24,000 bases of DNA from an uncultured Thermoleophilaceae bacterium. Lineage in GTDB: Bacteria; Actinomycetota; Thermoleophilia; Solirubrobacterales; Thermoleophilaceae. Location: NCBI GenBank assembly GCA_963808875.1, contig CAWEHM010000033.1, positions 98,253 to 122,252 on the forward strand, written 5' to 3'. Below, piece after piece: positions 8,110 to 16,236 of the stretch (positions within the stretch are counted from its first letter, which is position 1; each line of letters begins with the position of its first letter). Below the pieces are notes generated by a model. It was not told the DNA's origin. It was given only the letters and a program-made list of their open reading frames with translations, and did not search any database. The position numbers and the translations under genes were made by a program.

Positions 8110-8822
8110 GTGGAGACCCAGACTCCGCATCCGCTGTCACTCCGGACGCGCGATGACGCGCGCGCCGCGCTGGCCCGCGCCTTCGAGGAGGCGGCGACCA
8201 TGCCGGGCACGCTTCTCCCCCACGAGACGCTCGACGAGCTCACCGCGATGGCCGGCCGCATCCACGACGAGGTCATGCGGCTGGACGACCGCGACATCGC
8301 CTTCGGCAACGGTATGCCGGCCTGGGCCTACGTCGTGGAGCACTCGATCGACGCGACCGTCGCCGGCCTGGTGGTCGGGCGGCGTCTGCTCGACGAGGCC
8401 GCGCTGGCGACCTCGCCACCGGCCTGTTCCTCCAGGACATCGGCATGCTCGTGCTGCCGGAGAGCCTCGTCCAGAAGCCGGGCCCGCTCGCCCCCGACGA
8501 GTGGGCGCTGATGATGAAGCACCCCCTGCTCGGGCTCGAGTTCCTGCGCGACGACTCGGTCTCGTCCGCGGCCAAGTCGGTGGTGCGCTCCCACCACGAG
8601 CGCTGGGACGGCTCCGGCTACCCGGGCGCGCTGATCGGCGAGGAGATCTCGCTGTTCGCCCGGATCGCCGCGGTGGCCGACGCATTCGACGCCGTGACGA
8701 GCGAGCGCTACCACGCGCCCCCCGTGCCGCCCGCCGAGGGCGTGGCGCTCATCCGCGCCGGCGCCGGCAAAGAGTTCGACCCGCAGGTCGTCGACGCCTT
8801 CCTGGGCGCGCTCGCCCGCTAG
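8110..8822 (+). pseudogene. HD-GYP domain protein, one frame break near 8405-8408; HD dyad reads QD
   Basis: ORF 8110..8511 (...AWAYVVEHSIDATVAGLVVGRRLLDEAAL) joins ORF 8445..8822 (DLATGLFLQDIGMLVLPESLVQKPGPLAPDEWALMMKHP...HHERWDGSGYPGAL...AVADAFDAVTSER) if one base is restored in GCGCTGGCGACC. 713+1 = 714 nt. The start (GTG 8110 or ATG 8200) is uncertain. Confidence 0.75.
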
Positions 8823-11150
8823 CCGAGCAGGTCGAGCGCCGCGCCCACGATCGACTCGGCGTCGATCTCGTGGTGGCGGTAGACGTCCTCGAGGTCGCCG
8901 GACTGGCCGAAGCGGGTCACGCCCAGCGGGGTGAGCGGCACCGCGTTGACCGCCGCCATGAAGCCGAGCGCGTTCGGGTCGCCGTCGAGCACGGTCACGA
9001 CCGGCGCTGCGCGGCCCGGCGGGGAACAGCTCCTCCAGGATCTCCGTCGGGTGGTCGCCGAAGCCGGCCCGCGCGCGTAGCGCCCTGTGGATCAGGTCCG
9101 CGCTCGTCAGGCAGATCACGTCGCACTTCTCGCCGAGCGTGTCGGCCGCGCGCAGGATCTCCGGGACCGTCGCGCCCATGCCCACCAGAGTCACCTCGGG
9201 CTTGCCCCTGGCGCGCCTGAGCGGGTAGCCGCCGGCCAGCACGAGCTCGCGCCGCTCGTCAGAGGTGTCGTCGCCTGCCAGCGACTGGTCGATCGGGCGC
9301 GTGGAGAGCCTGAAGTAGGCCGACTCGCCGTCCGCCCGCCCCAGCCGCGACAGCGCATGGAGCAGCGTCCAGTCGAGGTCCTGCCCGAAGGCCGGCTCCC
9401 AGAACGTGCAGCCGGGCTGGCCGATGCCGATCGACGGAGTGACGATCGACTGGTGCGCCCCGCCCTCCGGGGCGAGCGAGACACCCGACGGCGTGCCGAT
9501 CAGGATCGACTGCCCGCCCGCGTAGATCCCGAACGACCACGGCTCGAGCGCGCGGCCCACGAACGGGTCGTAGATCGTGCCGATCGGGAGGAGCGGCTGG
9601 CCGTGCCGGCTCCACGTGGCGCCGAGCTCTCCCAGCAGGCCCACCAGGTTCGTCTCCGCGATCCCCAGCTCGATGTGGCGGCCGCCCGGCGTCTCGTGCC
9701 AGTGGACGAGCGTCTGAGAATCGTCGGCGAACCAGTCGCGCCGCTCGCCGACCGACCAGATGCCCGACTTGTTGATCCAGCCGCCGAGGTTCGTCGAGCT
9801 GGCCACGTCGGGGCTCACCGTGACCACCCGCTCGGCCACCTCGGGCGCCTCGTGCACCAGGTCCACGAAGAAGCGGCCGAAGGCCTGCTGAGTCGATTCC
9901 TGCCCGCGGTGCTTGCGGCCGAGCGAGGCGGGCACGCTCGGCGGCGTGCGCGGCTTGGGCTGCTCGCGCGCGAGCGCGGCGGCAGCGGCCCCCGCCAGCT
10001 CAGCCTCCGGGCTGCCGGGCTCGAACGGCGCCCACGGGTGGGCGGCGTCGGCGCCGAGCTGGCCCGCGAGCTCCTCGAACTGATCCACCGTGAGCAGCGC
10101 CGAGTGGTTCTCCGGGTGGCCCTCGATCGGCAGCGACCAGCCCTTGATCGTGTAGGCGAAGATCACCGTCGGGCGGTCGTGCTGCACCGCCCTGTAGGCC
10201 TCGATCAGCTTGCCGATGTCGTGGCCGCCCAGGTCGCGGAAGCCGGCGCGCAGCTCGTCGTCCCCCAGCTCGGCCACCAGCCCGCTGAGGCCGGCGTTCC
10301 GCCCCGGCAGACGCTCGCGCAGCTCCGCGGGGTCCGCTCGCAGCAGCCGCTGGTACTCCTCGTTCGGCATCTCGTCGATGCGGCGGCGAAGGTCCTCGCC
10401 CCCGGCCCGCTCGAACAGCGCATCGAGCCTGCGGCCGTACTTGACGGTGAGCACCTGCCAGCCGGCCGCCTCGAACATTCCGGCAAGCCGGCCGAACGCG
10501 ATGTCCGGCACCACCCGGTCGAGCGACTGCCGGTTCAGGTCCACCACCCACAGCACCTCGCCGAGCCGCGCCACCCACGGGTCCGCGATGGCCTCCCAGA
10601 CGGCGCCCTCGTCGAGCTCCGCGTCGCCCAAGAGGGCGATCTCGCGGCCTCGCGGCGGCGCCTCGAAGCGGTGATGCTCGAGGTAGCGGCGCGCGATCGC
10701 GGCCCAGATCGGCGCGGTCGCGCCGATGCCGACGGAGCCCGTGGAGAAGTCGACCGGGTCCGGATCCTTCGTCCGGCTCGGATAGCTCTGGAGCCCGCCG
10801 AAGGCACGCAGCGACTCGAGATACGGGCGCTCGAGCCGGCCGAGCACGTAGTTGACGGCGTGCAGCACCGGCGACGCGTGTGGCTTCACCGACACGCGGT
10901 CCTCCGCGCGCAGCTCCGAGAACCAGAGCGCGGTCATGAGGCTCACCATCGACGCGCTCGACGCCTGGTGGCCGCCCACCTTCACGCCGGAGCGGTTCTC
11001 GCGCACGCGGTTGGCGTGATGCACGATCGCGGTCGCGAGCCAGAGCACGCGCCGCTGGACGGCGTCTAGCGTCTCCAGGTCAGGCGCAGCGCGCGGCTGC
11101 GACGGCGCTGCTGTGGTCGGGGTACCACTCAAGCCGACTGATCTTCCCAT
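8819..11150 (-). pseudogene. aceE: 2-oxoacid (pyruvate) dehydrogenase E1 component, homodimeric AceE/transketolase-like type, one frame break near 9010-9025
   Basis: ORF 8328..11228 carries LDAVQRRVLWLATAIVHHAN, VKVGGHQASSASMV, FSTGSVGIGA and the TPP motif LLGDAELDEGAVWEA. After ...TEILEELFPAG the true C-terminus RAAPVVTVLDGDPNALGFMAAVNAVPLTPLGVTRFGQSGDLEDVYRHHEIDAESIVGAALDLLG* continues in another frame to TAG at 8819-8821. This implies one extra base in a C/G run, and 2332-1 = 2331 nt. Start ATG 11150 is provisional. Confidence 0.82.
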
Positions 11151-11365
11151 CCCGCACCGTGAGGACCATGTGCATCGGGATTCTGCCCTCGACTCCGCTG
11201 AACAGGCCCTTCGAGCGCCAGTGGCCACCGGCGACGACGCGATCGCCGAACGCCTCCACGTGATCCGTCTCCATCTCGATCGATCCCCAGACGCTCAGCC
11301 ACTCGCTTGTGCTTTCGCGAAAGGCATCCTTTCCCTCCGATGTCGAGGGCGTCTGGTTCGGACAC
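11080..11365 (-). pseudogene. SnoaL/NTF2-like domain remnant (N-terminal helices missing; possible frame break near 11330)
   Basis: The C-terminal part of ORF 11080..11460, DAFRESTSEWLSVWGSIEMETDHVEAFGDRVVAGGHWRSKGLFSGVEGRIPMHMVLTVRDGKISRLEWYPDHSSAVAAA, looks like the beta-sheet half of a SnoaL-like fold. Upstream of 11378 the ORF is actually the SRP RNA gene. Only GTG 11365, in another frame, offers a start. Confidence 0.35.
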
Positions 11366-11377
11366 AGGGAAAAGAAA

Positions 11378-11655
11378 GTGGACCGTGCACCCGTCTCTGG
11401 AACCTGGTCCCGGGCGTGCCCGCCGATCTTCGACTCCGGCCAGGCTTGCCCGCGGCGCACGAGCGGTATCGCTTAAGGCTGCTTCCTCCCGGATCTGACC
11501 TGGTTCGCGAGCGCTCGCCGCGCGGGACCCGGCCATCGACGCCTCTGTCCGGCGTACTGACCCCGAGGCCGAAGCCCCTCGAACGGGAATTCAGCCCTGC
11601 TAGAGCGGATTGCAGGTGACAGGGCACCGCTACCTCCCCGCCTAGCACGGTCCAC
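11378..11655 (-). ncRNA. ffs: signal recognition particle RNA, long (Bacillus-type, Alu domain + S domain)
   Basis: Minus-strand read: GUGGACCGUGCUAGGCGGGGAGGUAGCGGUGCCCUGUCACCUGCAAUCCGCUCUAGCAGGGCUGAAUUCCC ... ACCAGGUCAGAUCCGGGAGGAAGCAGCCUUAAGCGAUACC ... GACGGGUGCACGGUCCAC. The S-domain core (CAGGUCAG.UCCGG.AGGAAGCAGC) matches E. coli 4.5S and B. subtilis scRNA as I remember them. The 5' Alu-domain stretch is nearly identical to B. subtilis scRNA. The 5' 11 nt (11655-11645) pair perfectly with the 3' 11 nt (11388-11378), followed by UUUCUUUU. Confidence 0.9.
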
Positions 11656-11687
11656 GGGAGAGTCTAGAGCGAATTAGGCTGCCCGGC

Positions 11688-12074
11688 ATGGCACTAAGAC
11701 AATCCGTTTCGACAGACAAGGCTCCCGAGGCGATCGGCCCCTATAGCCAGGGCATTCGCAGCGGCAGCCTCCTGTTCTGCTCCGGCCAGATCCCGCTCGA
11801 CCCCTCGACCGGCGAGATCGTGAAGGAGGACGTGGAGGGCCAGGCCCGCCGCTGCCTCGAGAACCTCGCGGCGGTGTGCGAGGCCGCCGGCGGCTCGCTC
11901 GCGGACGCGGTGCGCTGCACCGTCTACCTGACCGACATGGGCGACTTCGCGCGCGTGAACGAGGTGTACGGCTCGTTCTTCGAGGGCGAGGACCCGCCGG
12001 CGCGGGTGGCGATCGGCGTGGCCGCCCTGCCCAAGGGCGCCGACGTGGAGATCGACGCGATCGTCGCGCTCTAG
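11688..12074 (+). CDS. ridA: RidA/YjgF/TdcF family reactive-intermediate deaminase
   Basis: 128 aa: KAPEAIGPYSQGIRSGSLLFCSGQIPLDPSTGEIV...DVEGQARRCLENLAAV...VRCTVYLTDMGDFARVNEVY...PARVAIGVAALPKGADVEIDAI. Textbook RidA family pattern. Confidence 0.93.
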   Translation: MALRQSVSTDKAPEAIGPYSQGIRSGSLLFCSGQIPLDPSTGEIVKEDVEGQARRCLENLAAVCEAAGGSLADAVRCTVYLTDMGDFARVNEVYGSFFEGEDPPARVAIGVAALPKGADVEIDAIVAL

Positions 12075-12949
12075 GGCTTGTCGGGCCCGGTGATTCGCCG
12101 GGTGCCGGTCGGCGTCCGGACGAACACCTGCCAGGCGTAGTAGGAGAAGAAGTTGCGGGAGTCCCGGCGGATGCGGGCCGCGTACGCGAGGACTGCGTCC
12201 ACATACAGCGCGCTCGGGTTGTAGTGATAGAGCGCGGCGCCGTAGTCCCGCGGGGCGCCGTTGGCGTGGAGGTAGTTGGCGGCGCCGAGGATGGCGTCGT
12301 GCGGGTCGCGGATGTCGCCGCCCATGCCGTACGCGGCCCAGGTGGCGGGGATGAACTGCATCGGCCCCTGCGCGCCTGCCGTGCTGTGGTTGCGCATGCG
12401 GCCGAAGGCGCTCTCCACGAGGTTCACCGCGGCGAGCACGCGCCAGCTCACGCCGAAGCGCTTCTGCGCCTCGCGGTAATAGCCGAGCAGCCGGCCGGCG
12501 GGCTGCGCTGGACCGGTCTTGAAGCGGGTCGGCGACTGCGGCGTGGACAGTCTGCCCAGCATGCGGCGGGCGCGGATGCTCGCGCGCGCGTGCGCGGCCA
12601 TGCGGCCGGGCAGGTCGGCCAGCACGGCGCGGGCGAGCCGCGGTCGCGCGCTCAGCAGGATGTGGATGCGCTGCTGATCGAGCGCGTAGAGCGTGACGTC
12701 CTCGGGCGGCGCGCCGTCGGCCGGATCGCCGTGGGCGCGCCACGCGTCGATCGCGTCGTCGAGGGCGCTCTGAGTGTCGGTCAGCCGGCGCGCGAGGTCG
12801 GCCGGCGCGCGCGGAATCGCCGCGTTCGCCGCCGGCGCCTCGTTCGGCCGGGGCTCCCGCGCCGCCTTCCCACCGTCGCCGCCGCCGCACCCGCCGGACG
12901 CGAGCGCGAGCGCGATCAGCGCGACGCAGCCGAGTCGAGCGCCTTCGCG
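12071..12949 (-). CDS. secreted or lipoprotein lytic transglycosylase (SLT-like domain); start codon unresolved
   Basis: C-terminal part of ORF 12071..13450: ARLGCVALIALALASGGCGGG (signal/lipobox-like), then ...VSWRVLAAVNLVESAFGRMRNHSTAGAQGPMQFIPATWAAYG...ILGAANYL (E-S ... GAxGPMQF transglycosylase motif). There is no ATG/GTG/TTG between the upstream gene's stop and the signal peptide (see findings). Confidence 0.75.
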   Translation of the reverse strand, partial: REGARLGCVALIALALASGGCGGGDGGKAAREPRPNEAPAANAAIPRAPADLARRLTDTQSALDDAIDAWRAHGDPADGAPPEDVTLYALDQQRIHILLSARPRLARAVLADLPGRMAAHARASIRARRMLGRLSTPQSPTRFKTGPAQPAGRLLGYYREAQKRFGVSWRVLAAVNLVESAFGRMRNHSTAGAQGPMQFIPATWAAYGMGGDIRDPHDAILGAANYLHANGAPRDYGAALYHYNPSALYVDAVLAYAARIRRDSRNFFSYYAWQVFVRTPTGTRRITGPDKP

Positions 12950-13530
12950 ACCTGCCGGATCTGGAACGCGCGGACGAGGTCCGTGACGCCGTGGAAGAGC
13001 GCCCAGATACCGGCGAACACGAGCAGCGTGTACGCCTTGTCGATGAAGAACTGCCCCGAGGTCCAGAAGGCCAGGACGATCAGGAGGATTCCGCTGATGA
13101 GGCTGATCCACCACAGCGGGTTCATGCCCCGCTCGGCGAAGGCCTGAACTGTCCAGAACACTCCGATCAGGAAGAAGATGAAGCCGAGGATGTCGGCCAC
13201 GCCGGCGAATGTCTCCTCCGGCTCGATGAACGAGAGCACCGCGGCGACGCCGAGGAGCACGGCGAAGCCGACCAGCACCCATCGCACCCAGCCCTGCGCG
13301 AACACGGCGATCAGGAGCTGCTGGAGAGCGGCCGCGATGAACATGAAGCCGATGAGCACGCCGACGGTCTTGATCGACGCCTGATCGAACTGAAGCACGA
13401 CGTACGCCACGGCCAGCCAGAAGACCCCGAAGAGGAGCCACAGCCACCACAGCGCTCCGACCGCGCCGGCCAGCAGCCGCACAGGATCGTCGTCGGACAC
13501 CTCGATCGGCCGTACAGCGGACGCGTCCAT
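12916..13530 (-). CDS. HdeD/DUF308 family integral membrane protein
   Basis: ORF 12916..13677 trimmed to ATG 13530 (GGAGG 9 nt upstream), because the longer N-terminus is a read-through of the tRNA gene. 204 aa with six hydrophobic helices in repeated pairs (GVLIGFMFIAAALQQLL, GILLIVLAFW, FAGIWALFHGVTDLVRAF). Confidence 0.8.
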   Translation of the reverse strand: MDASAVRPIEVSDDDPVRLLAGAVGALWWLWLLFGVFWLAVAYVVLQFDQASIKTVGVLIGFMFIAAALQQLLIAVFAQGWVRWVLVGFAVLLGVAAVLSFIEPEETFAGVADILGFIFFLIGVFWTVQAFAERGMNPLWWISLISGILLIVLAFWTSGQFFIDKAYTLLVFAGIWALFHGVTDLVRAFQIRQVAKALDSAASR

Positions 13531-13590
13531 GAGGACATCCTCCACGCCACCGCGGACGCCACGCAAGTCCCTAGACTGGACGCGTCTCCC

Positions 13591-13662
13591 GGGCGCGTAG
13601 CTCAGCGGGAGAGCGCTCGCCTCACACGCGAGAGGTCGCTGGTTCGAACCCAGCCGCGCCCA
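13591..13662 (+). tRNA. tRNA-Val (anticodon CAC)
   Basis: GGGCGCG-TA-GCTC-AGCGGGA-GAGC-G-CTCGC-CTCACAC-GCGAG-AGGTC-GCTGG-TTCGAAC-CCAGC-CGCGCCC-A. The 7-bp acceptor, D, anticodon (loop CUCACAC) and T arms all pair. CCA is not encoded. A TAGACT -10-like hexamer lies at 13572-13577. Confidence 0.93.
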
Positions 13663-13859
13663 TAAAAAGACCTGCAAACTAGCGGTTTCTGACCTCCCGC
13701 GAAGCCATCCCTTTGCTCTGGCGGCGCCGCAAGAGTCCCCAGGAGTGACAAACGCTCGGACCCCGCGATCACAGTTGGTGCGGTCTCAAAGCAGCTACTG
13801 TGCCGCGTTGACGACGAGACTGCCGAGTGCAAGTACGGTCCCGATGCCGACAGCCTCGA

Positions 13860-14726
13860 TCACGGCACCCGCCGGTCAGGCAAGTTGCCAAGCATGCGGG
13901 CCAGTGATAGTTCGGCGTCGCGCGTCTGCAGGCCCTGCTTCATCGCGGCGGCGATCCGGCTCTGAGCCTCAGGAGTGCGCACTCCCTCGCCGAAAAGGTC
14001 GGAGTCGCGACGGAAATCCTCGACCGGCGCGAGCGCGATCGCGTTGACGCGGTCCTTGACCACTGCGTGGGCGGCGGCCGGGAACTTGGCGATCCGGTGC
14101 GCGAGCAAGCTGACGAATTCCTCGAGCTCGTCCGCAGGAATGGCGCGGTTGATCCACCCGTAGCTCTCCGCCAGCTCGGCGTCGTAGTCGTCCGCGCTCA
14201 GCATCACCTCCAGCGCTCGCGCGCGACCCATCAGGCGCGTCAGGTGCTGGGCTGCGCCGCCACCCGGGATCTGGCCGAATGCCGCCTCGAATTGACAGAA
14301 GATCGCTGACTCGCGCGCCGCGAAGCGCATGTCGCAGCCCAGAACGAACTCGCTGCCCGCCGCGCGGACCCGACCCTCGATCTGCGCGATGCTGACGAGC
14401 CGGCTGGCGGTCAGGTAGCGGAACAGGAGCGCTATCGATGCCTCGCCTGTCAGCTTCGCCGCCTCTGCCCGGTACTCGGTGATTCGGGTCAAGTCCACAT
14501 GAGAGATGAAGTAGTCGGGATCCGCGCTCTTGAACACGAGCACTCGCGCCGCGTCGTCCGCCTCGGCGCGCTGAATCAGCGAAACCAAATCGCGGACCAG
14601 CTCGGGTCCAAGGAGATTCATCGGAGGAGCCGAGATCGTCGCGAACACGACGCCCCCCTCCTGGCGGATCGTCAGCGTCTCGAACTCGTCTGCAAGATGC
14701 TGCGCCTCAGCCGTGTTGTCGGTCAT
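13860..14726 (-). CDS. enoyl-CoA hydratase/isomerase (crotonase) family protein
   Basis: ORF 13860..14789 trimmed to ATG 14726 (MTDNTAEAQ...), which forms an ATGA overlap with the upstream stop. Crotonase pattern: VVFATISAPPMNLLG, VLVFKSADPDYFISHVD, IAQIEGRVRAAGSEFVLGCDMRFAA, FEAAFGQIPGGGAAQHLTRLMG. Confidence 0.88.
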   Translation of the reverse strand: MTDNTAEAQHLADEFETLTIRQEGGVVFATISAPPMNLLGPELVRDLVSLIQRAEADDAARVLVFKSADPDYFISHVDLTRITEYRAEAAKLTGEASIALLFRYLTASRLVSIAQIEGRVRAAGSEFVLGCDMRFAARESAIFCQFEAAFGQIPGGGAAQHLTRLMGRARALEVMLSADDYDAELAESYGWINRAIPADELEEFVSLLAHRIAKFPAAAHAVVKDRVNAIALAPVEDFRRDSDLFGEGVRTPEAQSRIAAAMKQGLQTRDAELSLARMLGNLPDRRVP

Positions 14727-15556
14727 TCGCGTCTTGCCGCAATCGACGCGAGGATCTCGGCGGCATACTCCTCCGGCGCCTCCTCCCACACGAAGTGACC
14801 GCCGTCGATGATGGCCAGGCGACTGTTGGGCAGGCGCTCGGCGAGAAACTCGACGTTCGCGAGCGGGACGACCCAGTCGTTGCGGCCGTTGATGAGGGTG
14901 ACCGGCATCGTGATCTGCGGCAGCAGCTCGGCGAGCTCCGGGAGCTCTTCCGGATACCTGCGCACGTAGCGCATCGACTCGACGTAGCGCTCGCCTGCGT
15001 AGCAGTCCCGGTAGTCCGCGCGAATGTAATCGGGGACGCCCCCGGCGACCTTGTCGACGACCCCGTCGACGATCGCGCGCGGATCCATCGTGCGGTATTG
15101 CTCGATGTCGGAATCGAGCACCCGCGACCTGAGGGGCTCACCGAGCTCGAGCGGAACCGCGGCTCCACCGCTGCCGACGATGACACCGGCGATCCGGTCC
15201 GGATGTGCCGCCGCGGCGAACAGAGCGGCGGATGTCCCCACGTCCGGCGCGACGATGAACGGCGTGCCCAGATCGGCCTCGACGACGAGCTCGGCGAGGA
15301 ACCCGCCCATCGCTCGCGGCGAGTAGAGGTCGTCGCGAGCCTCCGACGCGCCGAAGCCCGGGAGGTCGACGGCGAACAGCCGCGCGTGCTCGGCCAGCAC
15401 GGGCCACATCGGCGTGAACGCGTAGAGGCTCTCCGGCCACGGGCTGGTCAGCAGCAGCACCGGCTCCTGCGGGCCACCGCTGTCGGCGAACCGGATCCTC
15501 AGCCCGTCGATCGTCCGGAACCCGGGTTCGATCGATGCGATCAGCGGAGTGCTCAT
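14723..15556 (-). CDS. alpha/beta hydrolase, epoxide-hydrolase/haloalkane-dehalogenase-like (Asp nucleophile)
   Basis: ORF 14723..16102 trimmed to ATG 15556 (MSTPLIASIEPGF...), with an ATGA overlap to the upstream stop. LLLTSPWPESLYAF (HGxP-type oxyanion motif), FAVDLPGFGAS, FIVAPDVGTSAA (Asp in the nucleophile-elbow position), IIDGGHFVWEEAPEE (catalytic His). Confidence 0.85.
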   Translation of the reverse strand: MSTPLIASIEPGFRTIDGLRIRFADSGGPQEPVLLLTSPWPESLYAFTPMWPVLAEHARLFAVDLPGFGASEARDDLYSPRAMGGFLAELVVEADLGTPFIVAPDVGTSAALFAAAAHPDRIAGVIVGSGGAAVPLELGEPLRSRVLDSDIEQYRTMDPRAIVDGVVDKVAGGVPDYIRADYRDCYAGERYVESMRYVRRYPEELPELAELLPQITMPVTLINGRNDWVVPLANVEFLAERLPNSRLAIIDGGHFVWEEAPEEYAAEILASIAARRE

Positions 15557-16236
15557 GTCGGCAGCTCCGTCCCGGCCTGCTCCGCCACCATGTAGGCGGC
15601 GTACCAGTCGGGCCAGTTCTCGTCGAATTCGCCCCCCAGCACGCGCTTCTCGTGCTCGCCGTGCGCAACCGACGCGCGCCGCATCGCATTCGCGAGATCG
15701 ACCGTCGACGTGAATGCTGTGTCGCTTGGGTCGACCCGCCCGGGAAGCCGCGTCGTGACCTCCTGCAACAGCCATTCGTTGCCGTCTGGGTCGTTGAAGG
15801 TCGCGAATGAGCCGTAGGTCTCGTGGTCGGCCGCGGGCCCGTCCAGACGATCGGCTGCGCCATCCGCGAACTGCGCGCCGGGGGACCCGGGATGGAACAC
15901 CTCGCTGATTTCGGCGCCGAGCTCGGCGAGCTCGTCGCGCGCGGCGTCGATGTCGGAGACGATGAGGTACAGGCCGTGGGCGCTGCCGGGTGTGGCCGGC
16001 GTGAGCCTCGAGCCGAACTGGACCGATGCTCCCGAGCCGGGCGGGGTGAGCTGAATCACGCGGAAGTCGTTGTCGAACGCGAAGTCGGCGTCGAGCCTCC
16101 ACCCGAGTCCCGTGTAGAACGCCTTCGAGCGGTCGGGATCGGCGACGGGGATCACGACGGCCTCCAGCTTTAGGTCCTCCTGGGCGACGTGGACGGCGTC
16201 GGTGGCGCCCGCAGCGGGGCCGGCGGTCCTGCTCAT
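15553..16236 (-). CDS. VOC (glyoxalase/bleomycin-resistance/dioxygenase fold) family protein with C-terminal WPDWYA extension
   Basis: ORF 15553..16440 trimmed to ATG 16236, with AAGGAG 7 nt upstream and an ATGA overlap to the upstream stop. LEAVVIPVADPDRSKAFYTGLGW...GLYLIVSDIDAARDEL...FNDPDGNEWLLQE, then ...HEKRVLGGEFDENWPDWYAAYMV. Confidence 0.85.
   Translation of the reverse strand: MSRTAGPAAGATDAVHVAQEDLKLEAVVIPVADPDRSKAFYTGLGWRLDADFAFDNDFRVIQLTPPGSGASVQFGSRLTPATPGSAHGLYLIVSDIDAARDELAELGAEISEVFHPGSPGAQFADGAADRLDGPAADHETYGSFATFNDPDGNEWLLQEVTTRLPGRVDPSDTAFTSTVDLANAMRRASVAHGEHEKRVLGGEFDENWPDWYAAYMVAEQAGTELPT

Noticed and set aside
11129-11655. ORFs 11129..11536, 11295..11648, 11473..11655 and 11307..11498
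   Set aside because: They lie on the SRP RNA gene, have no protein-like composition and no family motifs.
13531-13677. N-terminal extension of ORF 12916..13677 (MQVFLWARLGSNQRPLACEASALPLSYAPG...)
   Set aside because: This is the antisense translation of the tRNA-Val gene. The real start is ATG 13530, which has a GGAGG SD.
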